From the NCBI GenBank assembly GCA_002633005.1, contig NMRA01000350.1, positions 131,642 to 195,641 of the forward strand: DNA of 64,000 nt. Reading direction: 5' to 3'. Shown one piece after another: positions 13,852-25,243 of this stretch. The notes under the pieces were generated by a model. It was given only the letters and a program-made list of their open reading frames with translations, did not search any database and was not told the origin of the DNA. This DNA is from Phoronis australis. Its lineage: Eukaryota; Animalia; Phoronida. The position numbers and the translations under genes are program-made. Position 1 is the stretch's first letter. Each line of letters starts with the position of its first letter.

Positions 13852-16800
13852 ATGTATTTGCTTTGTAAGATGAAGATCGTTTACTAACTAACGGTGGCTT
13901 AATTTAACACGTGGGCCTCAAATGAAAACTATTTATTTCGCTTATTTGCATTTTAAATGTGAACAGTTTACAAGAGCGCTTTCGATTTGGCAACTTCTTG
14001 AAGAGTCTATGCTTGTTTGATTGAACGACGGTGGAACACAATAACATTATCTGCAATTGTTCTCATTCAATAAACACGAGATACCCAGCTTTATAAAGAC
14101 AATTGTAGAATAAACAATAAATTAAATGTACACATCGTATTTGATATTATTGGCAAATATTTTTCTATATTTCATTTGTATTCCTTTCAGTATTTATTTT
14201 ACTATCAGTTCCATAAGCTCAGTTTGACGGCGGCAATAACGGCAAAGACGGACAAAACAGTATTGAAGTAAGTGTTTTTTATTTTGCACGCAAAGCTCAA
14301 AATACAACAGCATCATTAAATGTGGGGTCCTGATCAGTTTGTTTCATCTGTCCAAATGATGTAGCCGGTGACAAAGTTCATTTTTCTTGTTTCGGCAATT
14401 TAGTGCGCACGAGGGACGCCAAAGACGTACGGTCTCTGGGGACGCGCGGGCTCTTTAAACTTAGCGCCAGCCACCATAACGGTTCGATCACTGTACTAGT
14501 TATGTATGGAACAGGCATGAAATTAATTGAGGATATATTTTGAACAATGGGTTACGTTCAGTTGGCTCAATCGGACCATCTAATTATCAACTTGAGCAGT
14601 TATTGTTTGTGTCTACTCAGTCGTTTTTACTTATTAACGTATTCCACAGTGTAATTGTCATTTCTTAATTCTAGATTTTATTTTTTCATTGCAAATCACC
14701 CTCAACCCAAAATACAGATTTTATTCACATAAGAGCACACAATCTGTAGGCTAACAAAGCCAAAAAAAAACAAAACACACAGTTATCGCAACTCATCAAA
14801 CGAATTGAAATCACAAATTGTTTTCCAGTTTTTAAACACCAAAATGATTGAAATGTTCGGAATGAAGTTTGTACAGGACCAATCGAGGGACTATGGAGCC
14901 TTCAACGTACTCCAGTAGATATGAAACATGTTGTGGTCCCGAGGTAGTGGGGGTGGTGGCGGTTCAGTTAGACATCCTCGCATGACTTCGCGAGCCACAG
15001 TGCTTGTACGTGGTATGCGTGTACAGCACACGTTTCATAAAGCTAATTACAAAAATATATATTTTGCAGGGTGCACAAAATGATTTCAGAGAATACGTGA
15101 CAAAGACTGTCGGCAATTGCCGATTCACAAAAATTTAAATACTCCGCTTCAGCACCTTTTGAATATACCTTCGCAACGTAAAATATCTGCTGCTGCGTGA
15201 GCTCTCACACATTGAAACCAATTTCACGATGGTACATGTTGGTACTTTGGGTGTCCCCAAACTGTAACCATTTTTCAGTACAACGCCGGGAATTCAAATC
15301 CAAATCCTGCGCCCGTTGCTACTGAATGGTTATATGAAAGTTGGTGCATGGACCGCCACGTATTCCATTGTGAACGGGAATGGCAATAAATTAAAACAAT
15401 AAAAAGTTTTGGAGGAGGAAATTTTATCGCGCAATGCTACTGCAAACTCGGAAACGTTCACAAGGAAGTGCGAAGACAAGCTCTCCAAGAAAATTAATTT
15501 TGTTCTTACGTCAATAAAAACCAGGAAAGTGCCCAATGCCATTTGTTGCGCACTAGCCGTGCTTAGGCCAAACGACCGGGTCGGTTACAGACAGAGCTTC
15601 GTGGACGCACGAATCTCGCTAAGGAAGCTAACGTGAACACGTGCTTCGTTTGTAGTACCGGTATTTGGAGATATCTGGCGAAGTATTACGAGTGCTTCCT
15701 TTTTGTGAGAAACTAGGCCTTTAAGATAGGAACAACAAAACCTGCTGAGTTTCACCTAAACCACAAAATTGAATGATTTAGATGTATATCAAACTATAGT
15801 GTGACAATTTGGGGGCTGTGAAAGAACTAACTACTCGTCATTGCTTTGAGTCCAGCGTCGGCAAGTTGGCGTGTCGCTGCCGGTCATTTTATACGCCGTG
15901 CATGGTCTCAACGAGGACTAGACATCATTTCACATCTGAGAAACTAGTTTTCTAGCGGGAAGTGGTTTAAAGCAAAGGTCATATTCACGAAGCAGTTTTT
16001 TCTCTGAGACAGTAAACCACCCAGGAACTGAATATCAGATGGATGGCATAGTTCAATTTGCCGGTAAATCATTTTACACAGGTAAAAAATTTTACAAACT
16101 GAGAATCGAAACGTTTGACACGACTTGTAAATTTTCACGAAGTGTATAGCCAGTCAATTGTTGAGGTCAGCTATAGTGGTAAAAAGATCGTCACATGTCA
16201 TCGACGGATGAGCGATAAATGAATGATAACTAGATGTGTTTGTTCTACTGCTAAAGTAAAACTCTCAGGCTGATATCATGGTATACACATAGTTGTAGAA
16301 ACTATGCCCAATGTTTTGGGCAGAAAAAAAAGAACAGAAATTGAAAAACAAATCTCACGTGAATAATGTTGTAATGTTATCAGCAGCTATATATGTTGGT
16401 TACTAGGACTAAAATTAATTTGAAAAGTTAGACGTGTTATCATAGCGCGGTTGAAACGCTCTTTCAAACTGTCTGTTTTGTGTGCCTGTAAAAACCAATG
16501 CATTGCGATTTTTAAGTAACTTGAATTGACTGCTGTCGAAACGCTTGCAAATGACGTTATATTTTATTGAAATAAGAAATTGGACCGTGTGTACCATGTG
16601 TTGCTGTGCCGAGACCTCAGGGTCTTCATTTTTTCTTCAAAACCTGTCAACTTTTTGTTGTGTCGCGCATACTAATAAAATTTCAGTACCCGGGGCCTAT
16701 ATTTTACTCGAAATTGAAATTATGTTTTCTATTCTATTTTAAAATGTAACGTAACCCAAGATATGTGTTTATTTTTCGGCATAGGCGGATTTAGGGGGTG

Positions 16801-18350
16801 GCCCAGGGGGCCCGGGCCCCCCTTGGCTGCTGGAAGCCAAGTTAAACAGCAACAGCTTGAAGCGTGAGGACATATTGTGTTCAGGAGCTAGGACTGGTAG
16901 CGAACAAAAGGAGGGGGGGTTCAGATGCGGAAAGGCGTTCCGTTTTTTTAGTCCGATTTTCTGGTCTACATCCTCGGCCCCCGCAACTTTTGGGCCGCCT
17001 GTGCACTCTTACAATCACGTCTTGCCTAATTCCCGGAGGATGTTGCCCCCCCTTATGGTATCCTAGGTCCACCACTGTTCTGGACTGAGTATACTATGGT
17101 TTACTCGTGGGTCACTGAGTAATTCTGTTTTGCGACTGATGACTCCTGAATTAGAGCTTTAGGTTCAGTCCAATCTGAACTCGAATCCTCGAGTTTTTAC
17201 TCGAGTTTAGACTGGTTACGAAGTGCAAATTTGGACTATGTCATTTGCGTAATACATAATACACATGTATACTCGAGCACAAAATTATCTGGAGTTCAAA
17301 TTTCCAAACTGTTCTGAAGTTTGATTTCAAGCTGGGACCGCATTCACTGCAGCCAGACGATCTGTGTGCAGCTTTCTAGTCCAGTTTTCATTTTGAAATT
17401 GAATAGTGAAACCTGAAACATTGAATAAATCTGAAAATTGTAATTCAATTCAATCTAAATTTCAAAATGAAAATTGGAAATTGAAACAAGGATACGATCT
17501 GAAACATTATGTATAAGTCTAAGGTTTCCTTATTCATTCGAATTGAATGTTGTTGCTGGAAACTGACTCAGTTCGTCACCTCTACGAAAAGCAGTTTTAA
17601 GTTTGAAGAAGTCTTACATTTTTTCATCATCCCGTACAATTGGTTGTTCAGGATCACGATCATAGTGAATAGCATATCTGTAGCTGACAAAAAGGAATTC
17701 CTCAGCTGCGGCTACGGAGGAGTCATCGTTATTTCCTTGCGGATGAATTAACGAATGTGACATCATCCAATCACGGAGCAGTAACCCGGCTGCAGACGGA
17801 ATCTGCAAGGCCGAGTGAATGTGTTTGTACTCTCTACTCAAGGTCAGTTCAACCAGCGGCTTTATTTGTCATTCAGAGCTGTACAGTGTGCTGGAATCCA
17901 CCTCCAAATTACGTTACGGTTGTTTTAGGCACATTTGTCGCAACATATATGAGTGCGTTTACTACAGAAAAGCCAACGCAGTATTACATGGACATAAACA
18001 TATACATTGGGTAAAGGCAATACTCAATAACGATAACACGCTATTTTTATGCGCAGAAACTCCCGTCCGGTGAGCGTTCACAACAATCTTACGGTCAGTT
18101 ACCTCAAACAGCCTCAACCTCAACCCCAAGGGACTTTTCCAAAACAGGAATATCATGATAGTCCTTCTGGCCACAATTAAAAATTTCTTTGATTTCAAAA
18201 AGGAACGATGTCCGCCAGCTGAATGAGGAGCTATAATTCAGACAATCCGAGGGAACGTTCTGCAAAATAACGATGCCATGATTAGAAAAGATGGACGTCG
18301 GTGGACACTATCATTCTCCCAGGCTAACAACTGCTAAATGCGAAATGATA
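13852..18350 (+). pseudogene. Heavily decayed collagen gene: signal peptide, Gly-X-Y exon relics and a possible C-terminal globular domain relic
   Basis: Exon-like segments with splice sites: 13852-13864 (MYLL|gtaag) and 14191-14267 (LFILLSVP*AQFDGGNNGKDGQNSIE|gtaagt). Then 14404+ (CARGTPKTYGLWGRAGSL, Gly every third residue at positions 4, 10, 13 and 16), 14877+ and 15070+ (GAQNDFREY...), where many every-third codons are Gly or one substitution from Gly. Stops and frameshifts are present. The right boundary is uncertain. Confidence 0.5.
16780..17077 (+). mobile_element. Short non-autonomous element, family B (CATAGGCGGATTTAGGGG...CCTAGGTCCACCACTG)
   Basis: Inverted copy at 18565-18874; flanks TTCGG/TTCTG (4/5 match, possible 5-bp TSD). 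Confidence 0.65.
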
Positions 18351-18564
18351 TTGATCACAAAATCCGGAGGTTACTGTAAAATAATTTTCCCGGCTGGATT
18401 CCTTATAAATATGATGTGCTGTTCCAATGAATCGGTCGCCGTCTGTCGGTGTTCATACACAAGAGAGCTGATCCTCAGTGGCATTTTCACGAAAGACGTC
18501 GCTCTAATCGGCTGGCGACTGGTAATGCACACCAGTGAAATAAATATAATATAATAGCTCATTG

Positions 18565-18874
18565 CAATGGCAGATCTAGGATATTATAAGGGGGGGGGGA
18601 ATTTTGTCTCGGGCAATTTTACAAAGCACGATTGCACGCGCGCACCCAGCCTAAACGATAGGGGGCTCGAATTTCTGGACCTTCTAAAAAGAAAGTGGGA
18701 AAACGAAGGTCGTCTAAGTCGCACACTTGCAATCGGGTCTGAGCCGCTCCCCCCTCAGCCACATGTTAATTACCGGGGTTAATTATTGAACTCAATATTT
18801 TCTCACGCTCTTGCTGTTTTATTTTTTGCGGCAGCCAAGGGGGGTGGACCCGGGCCCCCCTATATCCGCCTATG
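18565..18874 (-). mobile_element. Short non-autonomous element, family B, with 5-bp TSD
   Basis: Ends are the reverse complement of those of 16780-17077; perfect flanking direct repeat CATTG at 18560-18564 and 18875-18879. Confidence 0.7.
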
Positions 18875-20120
18875 CATTGATGCACACAGTGTTTGCTCAC
18901 GCAGTAAACGCACCCAGTGGACCATGAGTCAAGCAGCTAAATCCCAATGACTACTCCGCATTTCTTCAAAGAGAGGTGTACCAAGACGTCTATGGGTGTA
19001 CCGCAATAACGGACACCCCAGCGCTCAGCGGGCTTACTGCCACTTCCCAGCCATAACGCTAAACCCTCGTGAGAGACCGCCCCGAGATGGATGCTGGAGC
19101 AACTCGGGGCGGTCTGGGATCAAGCCATTTCTGAACCAAAATAATGCTCTGTATCCCTCGACAACTCTTAAAAGCTTGGAGCCAAACTCAAAAACTCCTT
19201 ACAACGCAAGCGTGACCTACAACGAAGTCAGGCGAGTATCGAGACAGTTCTAAAGAAAGACAATTCCCAAGAACCATCCGATCTAGGTGACGTAGAAAGT
19301 ATGTGCCACGTACTTTAAAATCTGCGAAGTGAGGCCACCAGCTAATGCCGGGCCGGCTTAGCACTTGACAGAGTGAGCTGACGATCACCAAAAAGGGGTT
19401 AGTATCCTTTAAGTAAGTTCAAGTTTAGAAATGGCCTTTTCCGTTAGTCTGCAGAATCTCGGTCTAGTAGCGACGTCATTAAGGAGTGTAGAACACTTTC
19501 ATCTACTGTTGCTCTGCCGAACGTCTGTTTGCCGAGGATCTATCAATAGAACGTCCGCAGAATTTTGAACGCGGAAAGTATTCGAATAGCTCACACGCCT
19601 GTTGACACGCTCAGGAGTTGGCCTAGTTACGCGCACCCCGAAGACGAATCTTAGCCGGATGGGCCCGGAAGTGGAGGCGTGTATAGGGGAAAGTTACTGG
19701 TTTCGTACCACTTGAGGATGTGCCTCTCCGTACGTCAGGCTGAGTTAGCCACGGAATCAGGAGCTATCTCATAGCCCTTAGTGTGATTTAGAAGAACAAT
19801 GATATTGGTTTAACTGCAAAACACGGTTGTAGAACTTAAGTCAAACTCAGTACCATTCACGTGACGTATACTAATAATTATAAATATTTTACCAATCAAA
19901 GATGAAAAAGGAAACAGTGCAATATTAACTGTCAAACCTTTTACTGGCAACATAGAAACATGTGAAAACAAAGTTTTGACTCGAATGCGAATCGCTGTCT
20001 TCATAAATCTGTGCTACTGAACAAACCACCACAGACATAGCAACCCAGCACAAAAATGACAAAATGGATCAGTCAATTATACATGTACTTATGTTGCAAA
20101 CTTAAACTGCCTGGTTAATG

Positions 20121-20515
20121 TAGGCTAATCAGAGTCTCTGTCGGAATCACAATTATGATAAACATAAAACAATCTCGCTGGTCCTCAGTGCATTCCGTGT
20201 GGGCCGGGCCCATCGGTAACAACGAACACATTCGAACCACTCCTCGCCAGGTTTTGTCCAAACATACTAGACAAAACGTGTCGTCGTCTTCGCTATCTGA
20301 CGAACTGACATCTTGATGGCGTTTTATTCTCCTGTCTTTGGGCTTTTTCTGTACTCTCACCTTTTTACTAAGTTTCTTTCGTCTCGCACCAGCTTTTCTT
20401 TCCAGTACGCTTTTATAGGAGCTGCTGATTAGTATTCGTGACTGAACTGCCGAATGACACGAGCGAGGCATAGTATTTAATGCATTTCAGTGGTAATGGG
20501 GAGAGGTCGGACACT
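20121..20515 (-). pseudogene. pogo/Tigger-like transposase C-terminal relic with PHD finger
   Basis: Read across frameshifts: VRPLP...SRILISSSYKSVLE, a Lys/Arg-rich tract, then SSSDSEDDDTFCLVC..KPGEEWFECVRCYRWAHTEC...YHNCDSD. This is the typical acidic-tract plus PHD tail of pogo-family transposases. Confidence 0.7.
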
Positions 20516-20587
20516 CGTTTATTTTGTCGAGGAGCAACTGCGTTCTTTAAAGCTTCGTAGTGGCCAGCATCACCGTTTCTGGTAAAC

Positions 20588-22798
20588 TGAGGTCTGCAAG
20601 GATATCACAATCAAAGTCCATATTCGAGAGTTGACTGTGTTACGGTAGAAAATAAATTTTTTGGACAATGTTTGAGAAATTCCTGCATGTTTTTGTCTAT
20701 GAATTTCATGCATTTTTAGCCTTACGAGTGGCCATTTAAAAAAATACAATTTCGACTGTCAACAGTGGAACAGAAATTTATTTTATTAGGAAGCAATTGA
20801 TTTGATATGACTGGTAATAACTTGATTCCCCTTCAGAATAACTTAGGTGAAGTTGTGCTTAATCATCATTGAGAAATGGTAGGGTTCATCATAAAACAGG
20901 CACTCGTTACGAAATTTGTAAATTCTGTGTTTCTAACCGTCACCTACTGTAAAGAAGGTTACAAACTAAAGTTCACACTCTGTAATAAAAAGAACTCCAG
21001 AATATGTTAGCCTAGACAACACAGCAAATTATTCAGTATCTAAACAACCAAAGTTTGGATATTGACTGGGTTCTTCTAGGTTGAAAACGGGCCAAAAAGG
21101 CTAACAAAATATAGTGTACGTACCCCCATGTGGAATTCAGTAACACAAATGGTCATTGCAAATGAAATTATTGCCTTTTAAGTAACAACATGGTGCTTAT
21201 TATCACCAAAGAAAAATAATTGGATGTACAACATTATGTTACCATGTGATGCAGAAACAGTAATGCAGTGTACGTACTACCATGTTTACAAATGCCATGA
21301 CATTAGAATACCACTTGGCATGGGTGTTTATTGCAAATACATTTGTTTTGAGTAAAATATTAGCATTTGTGTAGTGTACGTAACCCCATATTTTAATTTT
21401 TGCTTATTTCCAAAGTATGGCAGATATGCCCCTGAATGCTGTGCTTTTTATTTTTTCACTTTGCAAATCAACTCTCAGTAGATTCTTAGTGTTTAGTTAC
21501 AAACCTGACGTGTCATTGAAATGAAGTGTACGTACCCCTGTGTGGTATACGTACCCCGATGTGAACAAATACCATGAAACAAAAATATTACATGGTAAGT
21601 ATGCAATACTTGTAACAGACAGTTTCCTCCATTAAAAATGCTAGGTTATAAAGGTGTTAATTACAAATACATTTGTTTTGAGTGAAATATTAGCTTTTGT
21701 GTAGTGTACGTACCCCTAGGTTTTAACATGTGCCTGTTTTCAAAGAATGACGGACAGATAAGCACATGTATGCTGTAATTTTTATTTGTTCTCTTTGAAT
21801 AGATGTGATAAATGAACTAACTATCAGTAGATTCTAAGTATTTCTTATATCTCCAACAAGTCATTGAAATGTAGTGTACGTATCCCTTTGTAGTGTACGT
21901 ACCTTCAACCTCTGTGCTATTAAGAATTGCCCACAAGTATTTTTACATACTGCTGATCTCATGAACAATACTGATATTTCCAGGATGCATCTAGTCTGAC
22001 AAAAAAGTATGAACATCATTAAATTTGTGGGCAATAAATGCCACAAAGGTCTTGGCTAGTAACATCCTAGAAGACACGTCATGTGACAACTGATGTTGCA
22101 GAGGCAGCTTCTCTATCTCTCAAGACAACTTGCAACAAAACAACTAGTGGAGCAGCGCAAAACTCGAGATCATCCCATACATTTGTAAATTACTAGTCAA
22201 AATTTGACGTTGATTGACTGTGCGTAGTGTACGTACCCCCCAACCAGTACCATTTTTTACTGTTTACAAGTTGAACACTGGGCCTAACATTGCTTTAACT
22301 AATTTGGCCAACTGGTGAATGTATTGAAAACTAGGCAAATAACACCAATAAAGTTTTTGAAAAAAAGTAGTTTCTTGTCATTTTCTTTTTGTAAGACTCA
22401 TATTACTAGAGTAGAAGTTCTCATTATACTGTGTTAAGATATGCTATGCATCATCATCTAAAACAAGTTGATCAGCACGGTAATAACTTTCTTACTTTAA
22501 TATGCGATACTAGTTCAATTTGATAAAGAACGTATTAAATCAACAGCTGAATTTTGGCATGAAAGAAGTAGGCTGTGACCACAAGTTGTAGGGTACGTAC
22601 CCTTTTATACGACTGCGATGCATTAGGCCATAAAATTTTTTTTTGGTGGTTCTTGTGCAAAAACATTTTAGAATACAAATCTGGAATGTTGGTTCTTTAA
22701 AATAACCAAGCTTTTACAGTTATATGACAACCTACATTTTTCACCAAAAATGGCCACCGAATATGGACCTTGATTGTGATTTGCCCGACATCGTCTCA
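20588..22798. mobile_element. ~2.2-kb non-autonomous TIR element with an internal AGTGTACGTACCCC motif array
   Basis: ATCACAATCAAAGTCCATATTCG (20604-20626) is a 22/23 inverted match to 22758-22780. Ten copies of the motif lie inside, along with an internal ~330-350 bp duplication. No ORF. Exact ends are approximate. Confidence 0.65.
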
Positions 22799-25243
22799 TA
22801 AGCTGTAGTACAAGATTTTATTGGCAGACTGTTTGGTTTCGCTAGATTTATGGATGTCATGGGATTTTGTCAAAATTGATATGCAAGTTTCATAAGATCT
22901 TTTGGTGTGATAACAATGAAAAGATTGTCAAGACCTTTTTATGTTTCTCCAAATCATCTTTTACTTCTATAGACAAAACTCCGCGTAACTTGGTATCGTG
23001 TTCTGCGTACTTATTCAGACACATGTGGTGACGGCGATGGGGGGTACCAAAAACCTCAGAAACAGCGTTAAATCCCAATTCTTCTTCAAAACTTTTAGAC
23101 AGTTGTGCATATCTTCCGATGTCCACTACGACGGCGATGGCATTTTCTTGAAAGCAAAAATAAATGAAACGAGTACTAAAAAGCAAGAAGAACATCACAT
23201 TAGCCAATACAGTACCTACTTGCATCACGTTTTGTTACCGTACCTTTTGCTTACATGTAACGTACGCCAGGTCAGTACTATACCCGTGACGTGTTGTGGT
23301 AAGACCATGGACATCACAGTATTAAGATGTCTATGGGTAGGCCTACGACACTCGTGACAATGACTTAGTTTCAAACACGAGGGCTGAAAATATTTGTCAC
23401 AGGATTTGGCATCCAGAAATTACACCATACAAAGAGATGAGAACGAGCTGTCAGATGACCCATCGGTTTACTCATTTGCTGTACTTGTCGTCTGGTCACA
23501 TTATTTGGAGAGGGCTAAAATTTACATCAACATATCAAAAAAGTGAAAAATGCTCACCGTTTTTCTCCAGGTCGTCTGCTCGACATTTTGCTTTATTTGT
23601 TAATGCCGTCTGAGGTCGCTAAAAGTTATCACTCTTTTGGGACACAAGCAATCGTAGTTTGGCGGGAAATAACGTGGTAGGACAATGATAACAGAACCGG
23701 AACCGGTGACTTACCCTATCATATCTTGCGTGCGATTGTGAAGATTCGTACATTCGCACATAATTCGCCACGCCTTCACGCGTTTTAACGCATTAAAATG
23801 CATGAAACACGCATTAACTACTAACAGCCTTAGAATTTCGTGATAACATATTATCTTCAGATTCACTGGAAGCTTTAAAAATCGAGTAAGCCAAACAATG
23901 TTGCCACCTGATCGTCCCAGGTCAATAAGCGTTCCTCGTTCGTGTTGTCAGTATGCCTGTTCTGGGATTTTTCTCGCTTCCTTGCAACCACTCCACCTAC
24001 TTCCGAATATTTCGTGTTGACCAGTCACCATAGTCTATAAGACTAATAGCGTACTAGGATTTTTCATTTAAATTCTTTTTAAGTTATTTACTGACCGTTA
24101 AAGTTAGAATAATTGTCGCCACTTCTGTTTTTAAAAAGCCGTGGTATAAAATTGTTAAAAAGAAAACGAACACAAACATTCTTTTCCTATGTATTTAACA
24201 TAGACTTATATACACCTATTTGGACCGCATATACTTGCAAAAATAAAACGAATAGAATTTAGAACACTTTTAAAAACGAAAAGTCATTTTCAACATTCCA
24301 AACGACGTTAAGTTTTGGTTATCGTTCAAAATCCCATTAATGGTTACAGAAAATTTTGCGAAAATTTTGTCAATTTTAAGAGAGAAAGACTGAAATTACA
24401 AAACGATATTTAGGCCTTCAAAAGCTCAATTTCGTCCTTAGCATTTTTCTCTCATTAAGTCGGTCTCACAGACTGCTTTATTGTGACAGGATTCGCTTTC
24501 CGTTATCAAATCAAATCAAGTCCTAGGCAATGCGTACGTGCGCCATCTTCAAATTGGCAATTTCAGAATTGGCCAACCTCAATACAGTATGAGGCAGTTT
24601 CTTGAGTCACTGGAATTAAAATGCTTTTATGATGAGGAATCGTCACGAGACCGATCTTGTGAAAGTAGAAAGCCCGATTAGATTTTCGTTTTTAGCGAGC
24701 CAGTTAATAGTCTAGTTCGAAGTGCAGTTTTTAAACATAAAGCAATGCTTCAACCAAACTGCAGCCGTTGTCTCCATGGCTTCAAAAATCCGAACGACGG
24801 AAAAGTTAACATCTACCTGAACCCATACAACATATAGTGTCCCGCTTCACTTCATCAGACTTTTTTCAGCTACACTCAGGGAAAATCCACTAGTTAATCC
24901 TTTAAAAACACAACAAAACAAAAACACATGAAAAATGAACGAAATGTTTAGTGAGAAAAATATCGCAATTGGATTAAGATAGTGACACCATCGAGAAAGA
25001 AGTGCCGTATAACAGGAAGAAATATTTCCCTGCAGCGAAGGCGCAAGATATCTTGTTGACTCAATTTTCAAGGAAAGTGGGCAAATCATGACCTTGAATT
25101 GACTTAGTGAGCCAACACGGGTCAATCACGAGGTCTTTAAGGCTTCACCACATCAGCGCTCGGATACGTAAATGTATTTCAGTAGCGCCGAATCTCTGAG
25201 TGATTAGAATCTAGGCAGTTACTGAACAGAATCATCCTTGAGA

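Noticed and set aside
18880-19790. GC-richer block with short ORFs, possible retroelement fragment
   Set aside because: No RT, integrase, recombinase or LTR motif could be recognised by eye.
21113-22603. Repeat-spacer pattern resembling a CRISPR array
   Set aside because: Repeats are only 14 bp, spacings range from 19 to 364 bp and spacers are partly duplicated. There are no cas genes, the context is eukaryotic and the array lies inside a TIR element.
22890-23587. Minus ORF 22890-23228 and ATG-exon-like MSSRRPGEK|gtgagc near 23559-23587
   Set aside because: No recognisable domain, and the attempted splice gave an immediate stop; probably decayed transposon sequence.
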